From Squalus acanthias (lineage: Eukaryota), in NCBI GenBank assembly GCA_030390025.1, contig CM059431.1:147748001-147812000 (forward strand): DNA of 64,000 nucleotides, read 5' to 3'. The notes beneath the pieces are model-generated. The model had not been told where the DNA came from, searched no databases, and worked only from the letters and a program-made list of their open reading frames with translations. This document shows, piece by piece, positions 24,200-36,688 of the stretch (position 1 is the stretch's first letter; every line of letters starts with the position of its first letter). The position numbers and the translations under genes are program-made.

Positions 24200-25156
24200 A
24201 TGGGAGAGCAGGTGATGTGTTACTGCTGCAATATGTGGGAGCTGGTGGACACCATTGATGCTCACGGTGATCACATTTGCAGTAAGTGTTGGCTGCTCGA
24301 GGAACTCCGGCTCCGTGTTGATGAGCTGGAGTCTGAGCTTCAAACACTGCGACACATCAGGGAGGGGGAGAGTTGCCTGGACTCTGTGTTCCAGGAAGTA
24401 GTCACACCAATTAGATTAACTAATTCAGAAGTAGTCCGTGGTCTGGGACAGGAGGGTGTGACTATGAATGAGACAGGTACGGGGATCCAGGAGGTAGTGT
24501 TGGAGGAGCCGCAGCCCTTGCTCTTGTCCAACAGGTTCGAGGCTCTTACTCCCTGTGAGGACGGGAGCAGGGACTGCAGGGAGGATGAGCATCCTGTCCA
24601 CAGCACCGTGGTACGGGGAGCCATTCAAGTGGGGGGAGTAAAAATAAATGTTGTAGTGGTAGGGGATTATATCATAAGGGGGATAGATAGGGTTCTTTGC
24701 AGCCGAGAGCGAGAGTCCCGAAGGTTTTGTTGCCTGCCCGGTGCCAGGGTTAAGGACATCTCCTCTGGGCTGGAGATAAACTTGGAGTGGGAGGTGGAGA
24801 ATCCAGTTGTCGTGGTCCATGTTGGTGCCAACGACATAGATAGGACAAGGAAAGAGGTTCTGCTGAGGGAGTATGAGCAGCTAGGGGCCAAATTAAACAG
24901 CAGAACCATAAGGGTAATAATCTCTGGATTACTACCTGAGCCACGAGCAAATTTGGCTAGGGTAAATAAAATCAGAGAGTTAAATGAGTGGCTCAAAGAC
25001 TGGTGTGGGAGAAATGGGTTTTGCTTCTTGGGACACTGGCACCAGTACTGGGACGGGAGAGAGCTGTTCCGTTGGGACGGACTTCACTTGGCCAGTGCTG
25101 GGACTGGAATCCTGGCGAATCGAATAACTAGGGCTGTAGAGAGGGCTTTGAACTAA
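24200..25156 (+). CDS. CR1 ORF1 protein (Cys motifs, coiled coil, SGNH esterase-like domain)
   Basis: Open 318 aa; CYCCNMW, CSKCWLL, LEELRLRVDELESEL, VVGDY, VHVGAND, WDGLHL. Confidence 0.88.
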   Translation: MGEQVMCYCCNMWELVDTIDAHGDHICSKCWLLEELRLRVDELESELQTLRHIREGESCLDSVFQEVVTPIRLTNSEVVRGLGQEGVTMNETGTGIQEVVLEEPQPLLLSNRFEALTPCEDGSRDCREDEHPVHSTVVRGAIQVGGVKINVVVVGDYIIRGIDRVLCSRERESRRFCCLPGARVKDISSGLEINLEWEVENPVVVVHVGANDIDRTRKEVLLREYEQLGAKLNSRTIRVIISGLLPEPRANLARVNKIRELNEWLKDWCGRNGFCFLGHWHQYWDGRELFRWDGLHLASAGTGILANRITRAVERALN

Positions 25157-25339
25157 TTAGTGGGGGGGAGCTTTCAAGAGAGCGAAGAACAAAAATGTCA
25201 TCGGAGAAGGCAATAGAGCAAATTAGCAGTGGGGGAAATTAAAAACCAGAGCGTGTCAGGAAGGGACAGAATATATAAAGATAAAGGTAATGTAGTAAAG
25301 GGGGTAAAAGCAGGAATAAATTGTCACAAAACATGTTAA

Positions 25340-28300
25340 AAAGTTCTTTATCTGAATGCACGCAGCATTCGTAACAAAATGGACGATTTGTCGGTACAAA
25401 TAACTACACATGGGTATGATCTGGTGGCCATTACAGAAACATGGCTGCGAGGTGACCATGACTGGGAACTAAACATCCAGGGTTATTTGACTATTAGGAA
25501 GGACAGACAGGAAGGAAAGGGAGGTGGGGTGGCTATGTTAATAATGCGGAGATGCCGGTGTTGGACTGGGGTGGACAAAAATGAGAAGTCGCACAACACC
25601 AGGTTATAGTCCAACAGTTTTATTTAAAATTACGACCTTACGGAGCTGCTGCCCCTTCGTCAGGTAAAGGTACCTGACGAAGGGACAGCAGCTCTGAAAG
25701 CTCGGAATTTTAAATAAAACTGTTGGACTATAATCTGGTGGTGTGCGACTTCTCATTTATGTTAATAAAGGATGGGATCACTGCAATAGTGAAACATGAT
25801 ATTGGGTCAAAGGATCAGGATAGTGAAACAGTTTGGGTGGAGATAAGGAATAATAAGGGTAATAAGTCACTAGTGGGCGTAGTCTATAGGCCTCCTAACA
25901 GTTGTAACTCTATTGGTCGGAGTATAAATCAGGAAATAGTTGGGGCTTGTAATAAGGGAACAGCTATAATCATAGGAGATTTTAACTTTCATATTGACTG
26001 GACAAATCAAATTGGGCAGGGCAGCCTTGAGGAAGACTTCATAGAGTGTATTAGGGACGGGTTCCTTGAGCAGTATGTTACTGAACCAACCAGGGGGAAG
26101 GCAATCTTAGATCTGTTCCTCTGTAATGAGACAGGATTAATAAAAAATGTCCTGGTAAAGGATCCCCTTGGAATGAGTGACCATAACATGGTTGAATTCC
26201 AAATTCAGATGGAGGGTGAGAGAGTTGGATCTCAAACCAGCGTACTAAGCTTAAATAAAGGAGACTTGGAAGGTATGAGAGCAGAGTTGACTAAAGTGGA
26301 CTGGAAAAATAGATTAAGGTGTAAGACGGTACAGGAGCAGTGTTGTACATTCAAGGAGGTATTTCACAACTTTCAAGAAAAATATATTCCACTGAGGAAA
26401 AAGCGGCGTAAAAGAAAAGACAGCCATCTGTGAATAAGTAAAGTAATAAAGGATAGTATCCGACTGAAAACAAGGGCATATAAAGTAGTCAAATCTAGTG
26501 GGAGGATAGAAGATTGGGAAGCATTTAAAAGCGAGCAAAGAATAACTAAAAGATTAATTAAGAAGGGGAAGATAGATTATGAAAGTAAACTAGCAAAAAA
26601 TATAAAAACAGATAGCAAGAGTTTCTCCAGTTATATAAAAAGAAAAAGGGTGGCTAAAGTGAATGTTGGTCCCTTAGAGGACGATACCGGGAAATTAGTA
26701 GTGGGGAACACGGAGATGGCAAATACGCTGAGCAAACATTTTGTATCAGTCTTTACAGTAGAGGTTACTAAAAATATCCCAACACTGTACAAACGGGGGG
26801 CTATGGGGGGGAGGAGCTAAACACGATTAAAATCACTAAGGAGATGGTACTCGGTAAGCTAATGGGACTTAAGGCGGATAAATCACCTGGACCTGATGGC
26901 TTACATTCGAGGGGCTTGAGAGAAGCAGCGGTAGGGATTGCGGATGCATTGGTGGTAATTTTCCAAAACTCCCTGGATTCGGGAAAGGTCCCAGCAGATT
27001 GCAAAACTGCTAATGTAATGCCCTTATTTAAAAATGGAGGTAGACAAAAGGCTGGACACTATAGACCAGTTAGCCTAACATCTGTGGTTGTTAAAAGGTT
27101 GGAGTCCATTATTAAGGAAGCAGTAACAGGACATTTGGATAAGCATAATTTAATCGGACAGAGTCAGCATGGTTTTATGAAGGGGAAATCATGCTTGACA
27201 AATTTGCTCGATTTCTTTGAGGACGTAACAAACAGCTTGGATAATGGGGAAACAGTGAATGTGGTGGTTCTGGACTTCCAAAAGGCATTTGATAAGGTGC
27301 CACACAAATGATTACTGCACAAGATAAAACATCACTGGATTGGGGGTAATATACTGGCATGGGTGGAAGATTGGCTATCTAACAGAAAACAGAGAGTTGG
27401 GATAAATGGTTCATTCTCGGGTTGGCAATCAGTAACTAGTGGTGTTCCGCAAGAGTCAGTGCTGGGACCCCAACTCTTTACAATCTATATTAACGATTTG
27501 GAGGAGGGGACCAAGTGCAACGTAACCAAGTTTGCTGATGATACAAATATGGGAAGAAAAGCAGTGAGTGAGGAGGACATAAAAAACCTGCAAAACGACA
27601 TAGACAGTCTAAGTGAGTGGGGGTAAATTTGGCAGATGGATTATAATGTAGGAAAGTGTGAGGTTATACAATTTGGCAGAAAAATCAAAGAGCAAGTTAT
27701 TATCTAAAATGAAAGAAACTGCAAAGTGCTACAGTACAAAGGGATCTGGGGGTCCTGGTGCATGAAACACAGAAGGTTAGTATGCAGGTACAGCAGGTGA
27801 TCAGGAAGGCCAATGGAATATTGGCTTTTATTGCAAGGATGATGGAGTATAAAAGCAGGGAAGTCTTGCTTCAGCTATACAAGGTACTGGTTAGGCCACA
27901 CCTGGAATACTGCGTACAGTTTTGGTTTCCATATTTAACAAAATATATACTTGCTCTCGAGGCAGTTCAGAGAAGGTTCACTCGGTTGATTCCGGAGATG
28001 AGGGGGTTGACTTATGAGGAAAGGTTGAGTAGGTTGGGCCTCTACTCATTGGAATACAGAAGAATGAGAGGCGATCTTATCGAAACATATAAGATTGTGA
28101 GAGGGCTTGTTGGGGTGGAGGCGGGGAGGATGTTTCCACTGATGGGTGAGACCAGAACTAGGGGGCATAATCTTAGAATAAGGGGCTGCCGTTTAAAAAC
28201 TGAGATGAGGAGAAACTTCTTCACTCAGAGGGTAGTAAATCTATGGAATTTGCTACCTCAGAGAGCTGGGGAAGTTGTGACATTAAATAAATTTAAAACG

Positions 28301-28369
28301 GAGATAGACAGTTTCCTAGCTGATACGGGAATTGAGGGTAATGGGGAGCGGGCAGGGAAGTGGACGTGA
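25340..28369 (+). pseudogene. CR1 ORF2 (APE endonuclease + RT), with stops, frameshifts and an insertion
   Basis: Fragments 25379..25609, 25723..26433, 26844..27311, 27363..27626, 27758..28369. Confidence 0.9.
25545..25757. mobile_element. palindromic hammerhead mini-element, copy 2, 11-bp TSD
   Basis: Same leader tgcggagatgccggtgttggactggggtggacaaa and inverted arms; CTGACGA...GAAA core; TSD tatgttaataa at 25534-25544 and 25758-25768; interrupts CR1 ORF2. Confidence 0.85.
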
Positions 28370-28466
28370 GTCTAGGTTCGGATCAGCCATTATCCTATTG
28401 AATGGCGGAGCAGGCCCGAGGGGCCATATGGCCTACTCCTGCTCCTACTGCTTATGTTCTTATGTT

Positions 28467-28730
28467 TATGAGGAGGATTTTTTTAACCAGAGTGTGGTGA
28501 ACCTGTGGAATTCTCTACCACAGAAGGCAGTGGAGGCCAATTCATTAAATATATTCAAGAAGGAGTTAGATATATTTCTTAAGGCTAACGGCATCAAGGG
28601 ATATGGGGAGAAGGCAGGGACGGGGTACTGAATTTGGATGATCAGCCATGATCGCATTGAATGGCGGAGCAGGCTCGAGGAGCCGAATGGTCTACTCCTG
28701 ATCCTATCTTCTATGTTTCTATGTTTCTAC
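28467..28730 (+). mobile_element. second CR1 3' end (different subfamily)
   Basis: NLWNSLPQKAVEA motif and ttctatgtttctatgtttcta tail. Confidence 0.8.
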
Positions 28731-28937
28731 CACAAGGACAACGTTGAGGTGACTAGTATTGACGCATTTTAAGGGAAACTAGAAAAAGTACCGACTACCA
28801 GTCTGAACCCCAGCTCCGTGTGGGGGATGGTTAATTCAGATATAAGCATTGAAACATGATTGACATCTGGACTGTGACATCTGGGGTGTGGCATCTGGAG
28901 TGTTATGTCCAGAGTCACGGATGATACGTGTGGAGGC

Positions 28938-29009
28938 GTCGCGGTGATGAAGCGTTAAGCAGTTGGTCTTATAAACCGCAAAGCGCGGGTTCATTCCCCG
29001 TCCCTGCCT
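28938..29009 (+). pseudogene. degenerate tRNA-Thr-like pseudogene
   Basis: gtcgcggtg...ggtcttataaaccg..gcgcgggttcattccccgtccctgcct resembles the Thr copies at 19412 and 21466. Confidence 0.6.
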
Positions 29010-29749
29010 CTGCTAGTTTTGAATATTTAACAGTTTCAGTGGTTTACATATTTCAATATTTAAGGCGATGTTTAAGCTGCACCAACTTCAACGCCAATAT
29101 GTCCTTCCTGAGGTGCAGTGCCATAAATCGAATGAAGCGCTCCAGATGGGGTCTAACCAAGCCTCGTTACAACTGAAACATAACTTGCTCCACGTTCTAT
29201 TTTATCCCGCTTGAGATAAAAGCCAACATTCTTTCAGCCTTTTTGACTGGGCCGCTAGCAACTTACTCAACAAACATTGAATTGAATGGGATCCTGCGGG
29301 ACACTCACAAGATTTATTTTTGGCGTTTTTGTAGTGATGTAGAGTTTGTTAGTAAGTGAGATTTCCGGACTGAAATTTTAGTATCAGTGAAAGTCTGCTT
29401 TGTATTATATACAGGCCTAAGATAGAGACTGTTCGATTCTGTATTGAAATTTGTAAACCATTAAACTAATGACCTCAGCACCAGAAGATTAATTAATCTT
29501 TTCATATTAACAATCCTATGAACAGTACACAAAAAATCACAGGAATATCCGGGACCTGAATGTTTGCGAGACACTGCTCTTTATCCACTCGATAAGGTGG
29601 ACCATGACGAGCCTTTCACCTTGTCCAGAACAGTAGAACTAGAGGACACGACATGAGATTGAAGGGGGTAAATTCAAAACTAATCTCTGGAAACATTATT
29701 TCAGTGAGCGACTGTCTATCTGTGGAACAGGCCTCCTTCCTAATCTTCA

Positions 29750-30330
29750 TAATTAAAACTAGAGGACAGGGGAGTTCAGGGGAACACGGGCAGCAAAGTT
29801 AGAAATAGAATAAAGGGAATTTAGGGGAACACTATAAATGTTTAATTAGAAACGGAGAACAGGAAAATTAAGTGGAACAAAATAACTGTTAATTAGAAAT
29901 AGAATAAAGGGAATATAGGCGAACACAGTAATGGCTTAATTAGAAATAGAGGAATGGAGAATATGGCAACTGATATTAGAAATAGGGCCCAGTGTAACAC
30001 ATTAATCCTTCATTTAGATGTAGGGGACAGGAGAAGACATCAACTGTTCAATTATATATAGAGCACAAGGGAATTCGGGGGAATAAATCAACTTTCTGAA
30101 TAGAAATGGAATAAAAGGGTTCATAGGTGTAACACGGTAACTGTTTATTTAAAAGTACTGGGCTGGGGAGACAGTAAATGTTTTATTAGAATTAGATGTG
30201 ATGGGAATTTCAGGGAAACACAGTAATTGTTTAATTAAAATAGAGAAACACAAGGGAATACAACAACTGGTTAATTAGAAACAGGGGACGGAGAATCAGA
30301 ACCAAATTAGACTGAATTTGACACGGTAAT
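29750..30330. repeat. degenerate AT-rich tandem repeat (~45-50 bp)
   Basis: Recurring taattagaaatag...gggaa...cacagtaactgtt. Confidence 0.7.
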
Positions 30331-33300
30331 GTAATGGTTAATTATTCATGCCTTTCCTTTCTATTTTGCCTGTGGAGTTTGGATGATGTGGTTGACTGCA
30401 GGTCGCCTTCTCAGGATTGTAGCTGGGTGCAGAACATCGGTGACTGATGGAACTAAAACCTCTGCCGGCTGCCTGACTCGGGCCTTAAATATTGCTGGTT
30501 GTCTGCATCAGGTAAATGAGAATGTGGCTCTTACACAAAACCACCCGCCACTAATCACCACTTCCTCCAGAAGCTGGATCCCAGCCGGACTGGCAGAGCC
30601 CGGGCTCCACGGGGTCCTGCAACCAAGAGGACTTTGGTTTTGGAGAACGTCTGGGTCAAGTGGAACGTTAAAAAGTGACGGGCAAAGGGGGCTCTTAATC
30701 ACAGAAAATGAATGAAGTCCATTCACAATTAAATTACAGAGGCTATTGTTAGCATAACATTTTCAATAATGTTCTTGAACATTGGCGTGAGGTGCCATGG
30801 GTTTATTAAGCACAGAATGCATGCAATAGTTCTTACACACACACTTAAAAGGCAGAAATTAGAATCACACCTAATGATGGTTGGATGGAGACCCAAACAT
30901 GTCACAGTCCTGAACTCCTATTTTATGCTGTACCAAACCGAATAATACATTTTCTCACTCCCGGCACTTGACAATCCATACAATTCTGCACTGCATAATA
31001 ATTTGAACGTTAAAATTAAACTCCACATGAAGATAATTTAATTGACTTATCTTATCGATAGTTTCACTCTTGACCAAATAATTGCAATTGTACCAAGTGA
31101 AACGTTTAACAGTAATTCTGTCTGTTTCTGTATCTATTGTACTAATTGAAAATGATGATGGATGTCCAGATGTTTTCCTTTGCAAAACTGCATGTCTTCC
31201 CAAACTGTTACCAAATGATGAAAATCCCTGAAATTGACGAATCTTCTTGCAATGACATGTGTTTAATTAAATCGCTGATTACTTCATCCTGAAACTGACC
31301 ATTGTTGCATGGTCTGGCCTGGCCGAACCGCCCAGTGGTACTTTAAACAGACGTGTAATTCCCTGCTTAACAGGACAAGACTAAAGGTTAACATTGCTAC
31401 ATTATAAAACGAAAACAATACTCCATAACATTACCATTCGTTCGGATAGCCTGATTAATCCTTTCCTTACAGCGCCCCCTTCGTTGGCGTTAGAGTATTT
31501 AAGGTGAACACAAGACAATATCTCCTCAGCATCATAAATCTATCTCGGCCTATTCTATTGCGCAGATCTCCGTCAATTGATTTTACATAAGTTGTCACTA
31601 TCCAGAACCACAATAACCATTTCATGTAATGGTGTTGTCTGCGTGACGTACCATGTTTTTGGATCCGTTCCTCAGAATACCTTCATCACGCATAGAGTAT
31701 GCTGGTTGCTCATGTAAAAAGCATCAGGAGGTTTCGGGCATTTGCCAGGCTATCAAATGTATTATTTTATTTCTTCAGCCAAATCAAGGATTCACACATC
31801 ACCAAGAGAAATCTAGCAATTAACCATCTTAACTACACTTTCCAGACTTTAACTAGACTGTGTTTTGATTCCAGACTCATATCTTTAGGCGAGTCGTACC
31901 CAGGTGGTTTACTTTAAGAAAGGATGGCACAGGATAGTTGGAAGCGAAATCTTCCGTTAGCTGAAGGATCAGGAAATAACGGCCAGAGATAAAATGACAA
32001 ACGTAAGAGATTTAGAACTAAAGGTATGAAAACCCCTTTACATGGAGAGTTGTGAGACGATGGAAATAACGGAGGCAGAAATAATATCAATATTGAAGAT
32101 TAAGCTGTATAGACGGCTCAATAAAAATAGGTTGAAGTGATGTTGCGACCGGCTGGGTGAAGTGTGTGGAACAATTGCCGCGGGTGGAGGGTAAAAGTCG
32201 ACAAGAACTGATTGGGTCGAATTGACTGTCCCCTGTTATAACATTCCAACATTGTGATGACCAGTTGAGATTTTCAGTAAATATCTGTGAACAAAGATGT
32301 CTAATGTCACATTGACGCGTCAAGTTCCTACTGTCTCCATCATTAGACACTGATCAGGAGACAGGGCCCCGTTCTATTGCTCCAGGAGACAATGGGGGGC
32401 GGAGTCTGATGGGGAGACCAGCGCCTGCAACATTCACACCAAGATTACAGACTTAAAGATAACCACCATTGTAAAACATTGTTTCTACACTAATGAAAAT
32501 GTATCTGTTAATTAAACTGGGGCGTCTCATTCCAGTACCTGCGGTGTGAGGCAGTTAACGCTGACGCCCACATGTTCTACTCCACTGCTGAAGCTCAGTC
32601 ATGACTGTTCTCTTTGAATCTTGAGCGGGAAGTGCGCTGTTTTACGGGAATCCATTATGACCACTCGGGGAAAGCAGCAGACATTAAACACCCAGCACAA
32701 AGTGGGAGAAATGTTTTCTGATTCTTGTTCATTTTCACAATAACAAACCGCTTTCCGTCCGGGGTCACTCAGATAAATCTCACAGCATATTGTGGGGAAA
32801 TGTTCAGATATGTCCCTAATTAGGGTTATGCACACGGATTTTTATCATGAATATAGGCGAGGGTTAATGTATTTTGTTTAACATAAATTATTCATTGGAC
32901 ATTCAATATAGAGGGGCTGAAAATCCATCATCCTTCCAGCATAATTCACTAAGTCTTTGTCAAATATTAAAAATAATTTCACGGCAATTAATGGAAAGAT
33001 ATAATTCAAATGAAACACTCAGCTGAGATAAAAACTTTCAATCTATGTTCAAATTCTGCCGAGGGGAGTAGAGCATCTTCTTGAGTGGAAATTATTTCTC
33101 AAAATATCTTTCAAATTCCTCTGTTGGGTGGAGGTGGCTGCAGTCCGAGGAATTATCACATTGATATAGACAAGGAACAACGGCACAAATGAGGTGAATA
33201 TTATACAGACTGAGCAACACGTTCTTTAGTGATCTATGCACGGTTGGAGAGCCCGGGAATTAGCCTCGCCCTCCCTCAGTATAGGGAGGAAGGTTGAGCG

Positions 33301-33478
33301 CCCGGTACAAACGATCTGCCCACCAGAACAGCGGCCGCGCGGTCTGGTCGGATTGCTGCTGATATTCAGCGACTGGTGCCGGGGGATGAATGAATCTGCA
33401 ATGAGGACATTATCGGAATATGTTGCATTAACACTGAGATAGTCAACAGCTATTAGGCAAAAGGATATATTGACTTAC

Positions 33479-33548
33479 CGGGAACGCCAAAGGCTGCGAG
33501 AAAATGATAGTAAATGTCCCTTATCTGTAGAATTGCTGGCCGTGCCAT
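33479..33548 (-). CDS. coding exon 1 of a GPR139-like GPCR gene
   Basis: ATG...MARPAILQIRDIYYHFLAAFGVP G|GTAAGT; 70 nt, phase-1 donor; IYY..LAAxGVP is the TM1 start expected before the (V)NLVAIVI exon-2 start seen at 62350. Confidence 0.75.
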
Positions 33549-33626
33549 TGCTTTGCAGATTTTTATGAAGATTGAGCGGGTTTACGGTTCCGACTAGAGT
33601 CAAAGGCGATCCGTAAATGCTACCCC

Positions 33627-33632
33627 TTTATA
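33627..33632 (-). promoter_or_regulatory. TATA box upstream of the GPCR exon 1
   Basis: cctTATAAAgggg-type box on the minus strand, about 80 bp before the ATG. Confidence 0.5.
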
Positions 33633-35495
33633 GGACCGCCGCTGCCCCTGTGAGAAAATCATGTGACACAATAATTGGCGTTAGTTATAGTCACTTAACA
33701 AACAAGGGGCGATTTTCCCCTTCAGTGTGCCCCGGCCGCCACTGGGGAAATTGTACAAGTTAGTCCATGAAACTCCGTCCATTAAAATCAATGAACGGAA
33801 AGTAATCCCAGAGGGAATGTGCTCTGCGAATCTCTGGTGAGAAATGAAGGCAATATCCCTCCCGGACTCTGCATTAGGTTCTTGAAGTCACATGTTAATT
33901 TGGTAAAATCGTCACTCATCCATTGTATAAAGATTTGTTTTCTACTGTGATGATGAATGAAGATGAATTGGCTCTAACATGACTGACGATGATTCTAATC
34001 TTACATTACTGGTGGTGACCCTACTCTAACATTACTGGTGGTGACACTACTCTAACATTACTGGTGGTGACCCGACATTAACATTACTGGTGGTGACCCT
34101 GCTCTAACATTAATGCTGGTGGCCCTACTCTAACATTACTGGTGGTGACACTACTCTAAAATCACTGGTGGTGACCCTACTCTATCATTACTGGTGGTGA
34201 CCCTACTCTAACATTTACTGCTGGTGACCCTACTCTAACATTACTGGTGGTGATCCGACTCTAACATTAATGCTGGTGACCCTACTCTAACATTACTGGT
34301 GGTGACCCTACTCAAACATTACCGGTGGTGACCCTACTCTAACATTACTGGTGGTGACCCTACTCAAACATTACTGGTGGTGACACTACTCTAACATTAC
34401 TGGTGGTGACCCTACTCTAACATTCATGGTGGTGGCCCTACTCTAACATTACTGGTGGTGACCCTACTCTAACATTCATGTTGGTGGCCCTACTCTAACC
34501 ATACTGGTGGTGACCCTACTATAGCAATACTGGTGGTGAACCTACTCTAACATTACTGGTGGTGACCCTACTCTAACATTACTGGTGGTGACCCTACTCT
34601 AACATTACTGGTGGTGACCCTACACCAACAATACTGGTGGTGAACCTACTCTAACATTACTGGTGGTGACCCAACTCTAACATTACGGCTGGTGACCCTA
34701 CTCTAACATTACTGCTGGTGACCCTACTCTAACATTGCAGGTGGTGATCCTACTCTAACATTACTGCAGGTGACCCAACTCTAACATTACTGGTGGTGAC
34801 CTTACTCTAACATTACTGGTGGTGACCCTACTCTAACATTACTGCTGGTGGCCCTACTCTAACATTGCTGGTGGTGATCCTACTCTAACATTACTGCTGG
34901 TGACCTTACTCTAACATTACTGGTGGTGACCCTACTCTAAGATTACTGGTGGTGAGCCTACTCTCACATTAACGGTGTTGACCCTACGCTAACACTACTG
35001 AAGTTGATCCTACACTCACAGTACATGCCATGAATCTACGCTACCATTGCTGGTAGTGATCCTACTGCTTCATTATTAGTGGTGATCCTACTGTAACATT
35101 ACTGGCGGTGAAGCTGCTCTAACATTACTGGTGGTGACCCTACTCTAACATTACTGGTGGAGAACCTGCTCTAACATTACTGGTGGTGAACCTGCTCTAA
35201 CAGTACTGGTGGTGACCCTACTCTAACATTACTAGTGGTGACCCTACTCTAACATTACTGGTGGAGAAATTGCTCTAACATTACTGGAGGTGACCCTACT
35301 CTATCATTATTGGTCCTGACTCTTCTCTAACAATACTGCTGGTGACCCTACAATAACATTACTGTAGTCGTGCCCACTCTGAAATTAATGGTGGCGATTC
35401 TACTCTAAAATTAATGGTGTTGTTCCTACGCTAACATTACTGGTGCTTTTTCACTCTAACATTACTGGTGGTATCTCTAGTCTATCATTAATGAT

Positions 35496-35672
35496 CATGA
35501 TGCGAAGATGCCGGTGTTGGAATGGGGTGGACAAAAGTGAGAAGTCGCACAACACCAGGTTATAGTCCAACAGGTATATTTGAAATCACAAGCTTTAGGA
35601 GCAGCTGCTCCTTCGTCAGGTTTCAAATAAACCTGTTGGACTATTACCTGGTGTTGTGCGACTTCTCACTTT
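35496..35672. mobile_element. palindromic mini-element, copy 3 (asymmetric centre)
   Basis: Same leader and arms as 19073-19297; one hammerhead-like core on the minus strand; degenerate TSD. Confidence 0.8.
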
Positions 35673-36688
35673 TATAATTAATAATGGCAATCCTGTACTA
35701 ACATCATTTGTGGTGACGCTACTCTAACATTACTGGTGGAGATTCTACTCTAGCATTACTGTAATGACACTGCTCTATCATTACTGGTGGAGACCCTACT
35801 CTAACCTTACTGGTGGTGAATCACTCTAACATTAGGTTAGCTGACCCTACTCTAACATTAAATTTGTGGTTTCCCTACTCTAACATTATTGGTGGCCATA
35901 CTCGAACATTACTGGTGTAGACTTTACTCTAACATTACTGGCGGTGAACCAACACTTAAAGTACTGGTGGTGCCTCTACTCTAACGTTTATGGTTGTGAC
36001 CAAATTCTAACATTATTTATGGTGACTGTACTCCAACATTGCTGGTGGTAACACTATTCTAACGTTGCATGTGGTGAAACTACACTAACACAACTGATGA
36101 TGACACTGCTCTAACATAGCTGATTGTGACTGATTCCAACTAAACTTCCACCCTTCGTGTTTCGGATCAACCCAGGATTACAAATATCTCCAAGATATTC
36201 ATCGTTCCTCGAACTACTGCTCTCGCCGCATCTTGAGATCCACGCTCAACGCCATGCAGCGCCACATGAACACTCTCGACATCTCTCTTCAGCATCACCG
36301 ACGCACTCTATCTCAAAGCTGTCCGGGTCCACTGTTCCATTTCATCCTTAGACTCATCCGACGCTTCAACAAAAAACTTTTCTTCTTCCTTTCCGATGTC
36401 AAGGATCGCAAGCTTCAACAACTCTTGGACACTAACGCCCCTCCGGAACCTTCTTTCCCTTCACTTTCCTCTGACCCCCCTTCTCCCAATCTCACCCCCT
36501 GCCGCTGATTCACTATCCCCTCTGACCTTCCCCTCTCTGACTCCGAACGATCAGTCCTCAGCAAAGGCCTGACCTTCATCCCCTTACGCCCCCATCTCAA
36601 TGAATTTCGAGCTCGGCACGATGCTGAGCTCTTTTTCCGCCGCCTCCGTCTCCGTGCCCACTTCTCTGGCCAGGAGTCTTCCCCCCGC

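Larger units (their letters stand above)
22901..28466 (+). mobile_element. full-length CR1 LINE (tandem 5' monomers, ORF1, disrupted ORF2, microsatellite tail)
   Basis: ORF1 zinc-finger/esterase; ORF2 APE (YLNARSI, AITETW, VYRPP, IGDFN, SDH) and RT (DFQKAFD, KFADD); 3' ttatgttcttatgtt tail. Confidence 0.93.

Noticed and set aside
30955..31380. Possible zona pellucida domain remnant (KRF...YLH..C)
   Set aside because: Similarity is too weak and stops occur in all frames; not supportable without a search.
32599..32835. Possible GPCR exon 2 for the orphan exon 1 (FPTICC)
   Set aside because: No TM pattern or other family motifs.
33706..33863. Possible MITE with imperfect terminal inverted repeats
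   Set aside because: TIRs too degenerate and no TSD seen; not listed as a feature.
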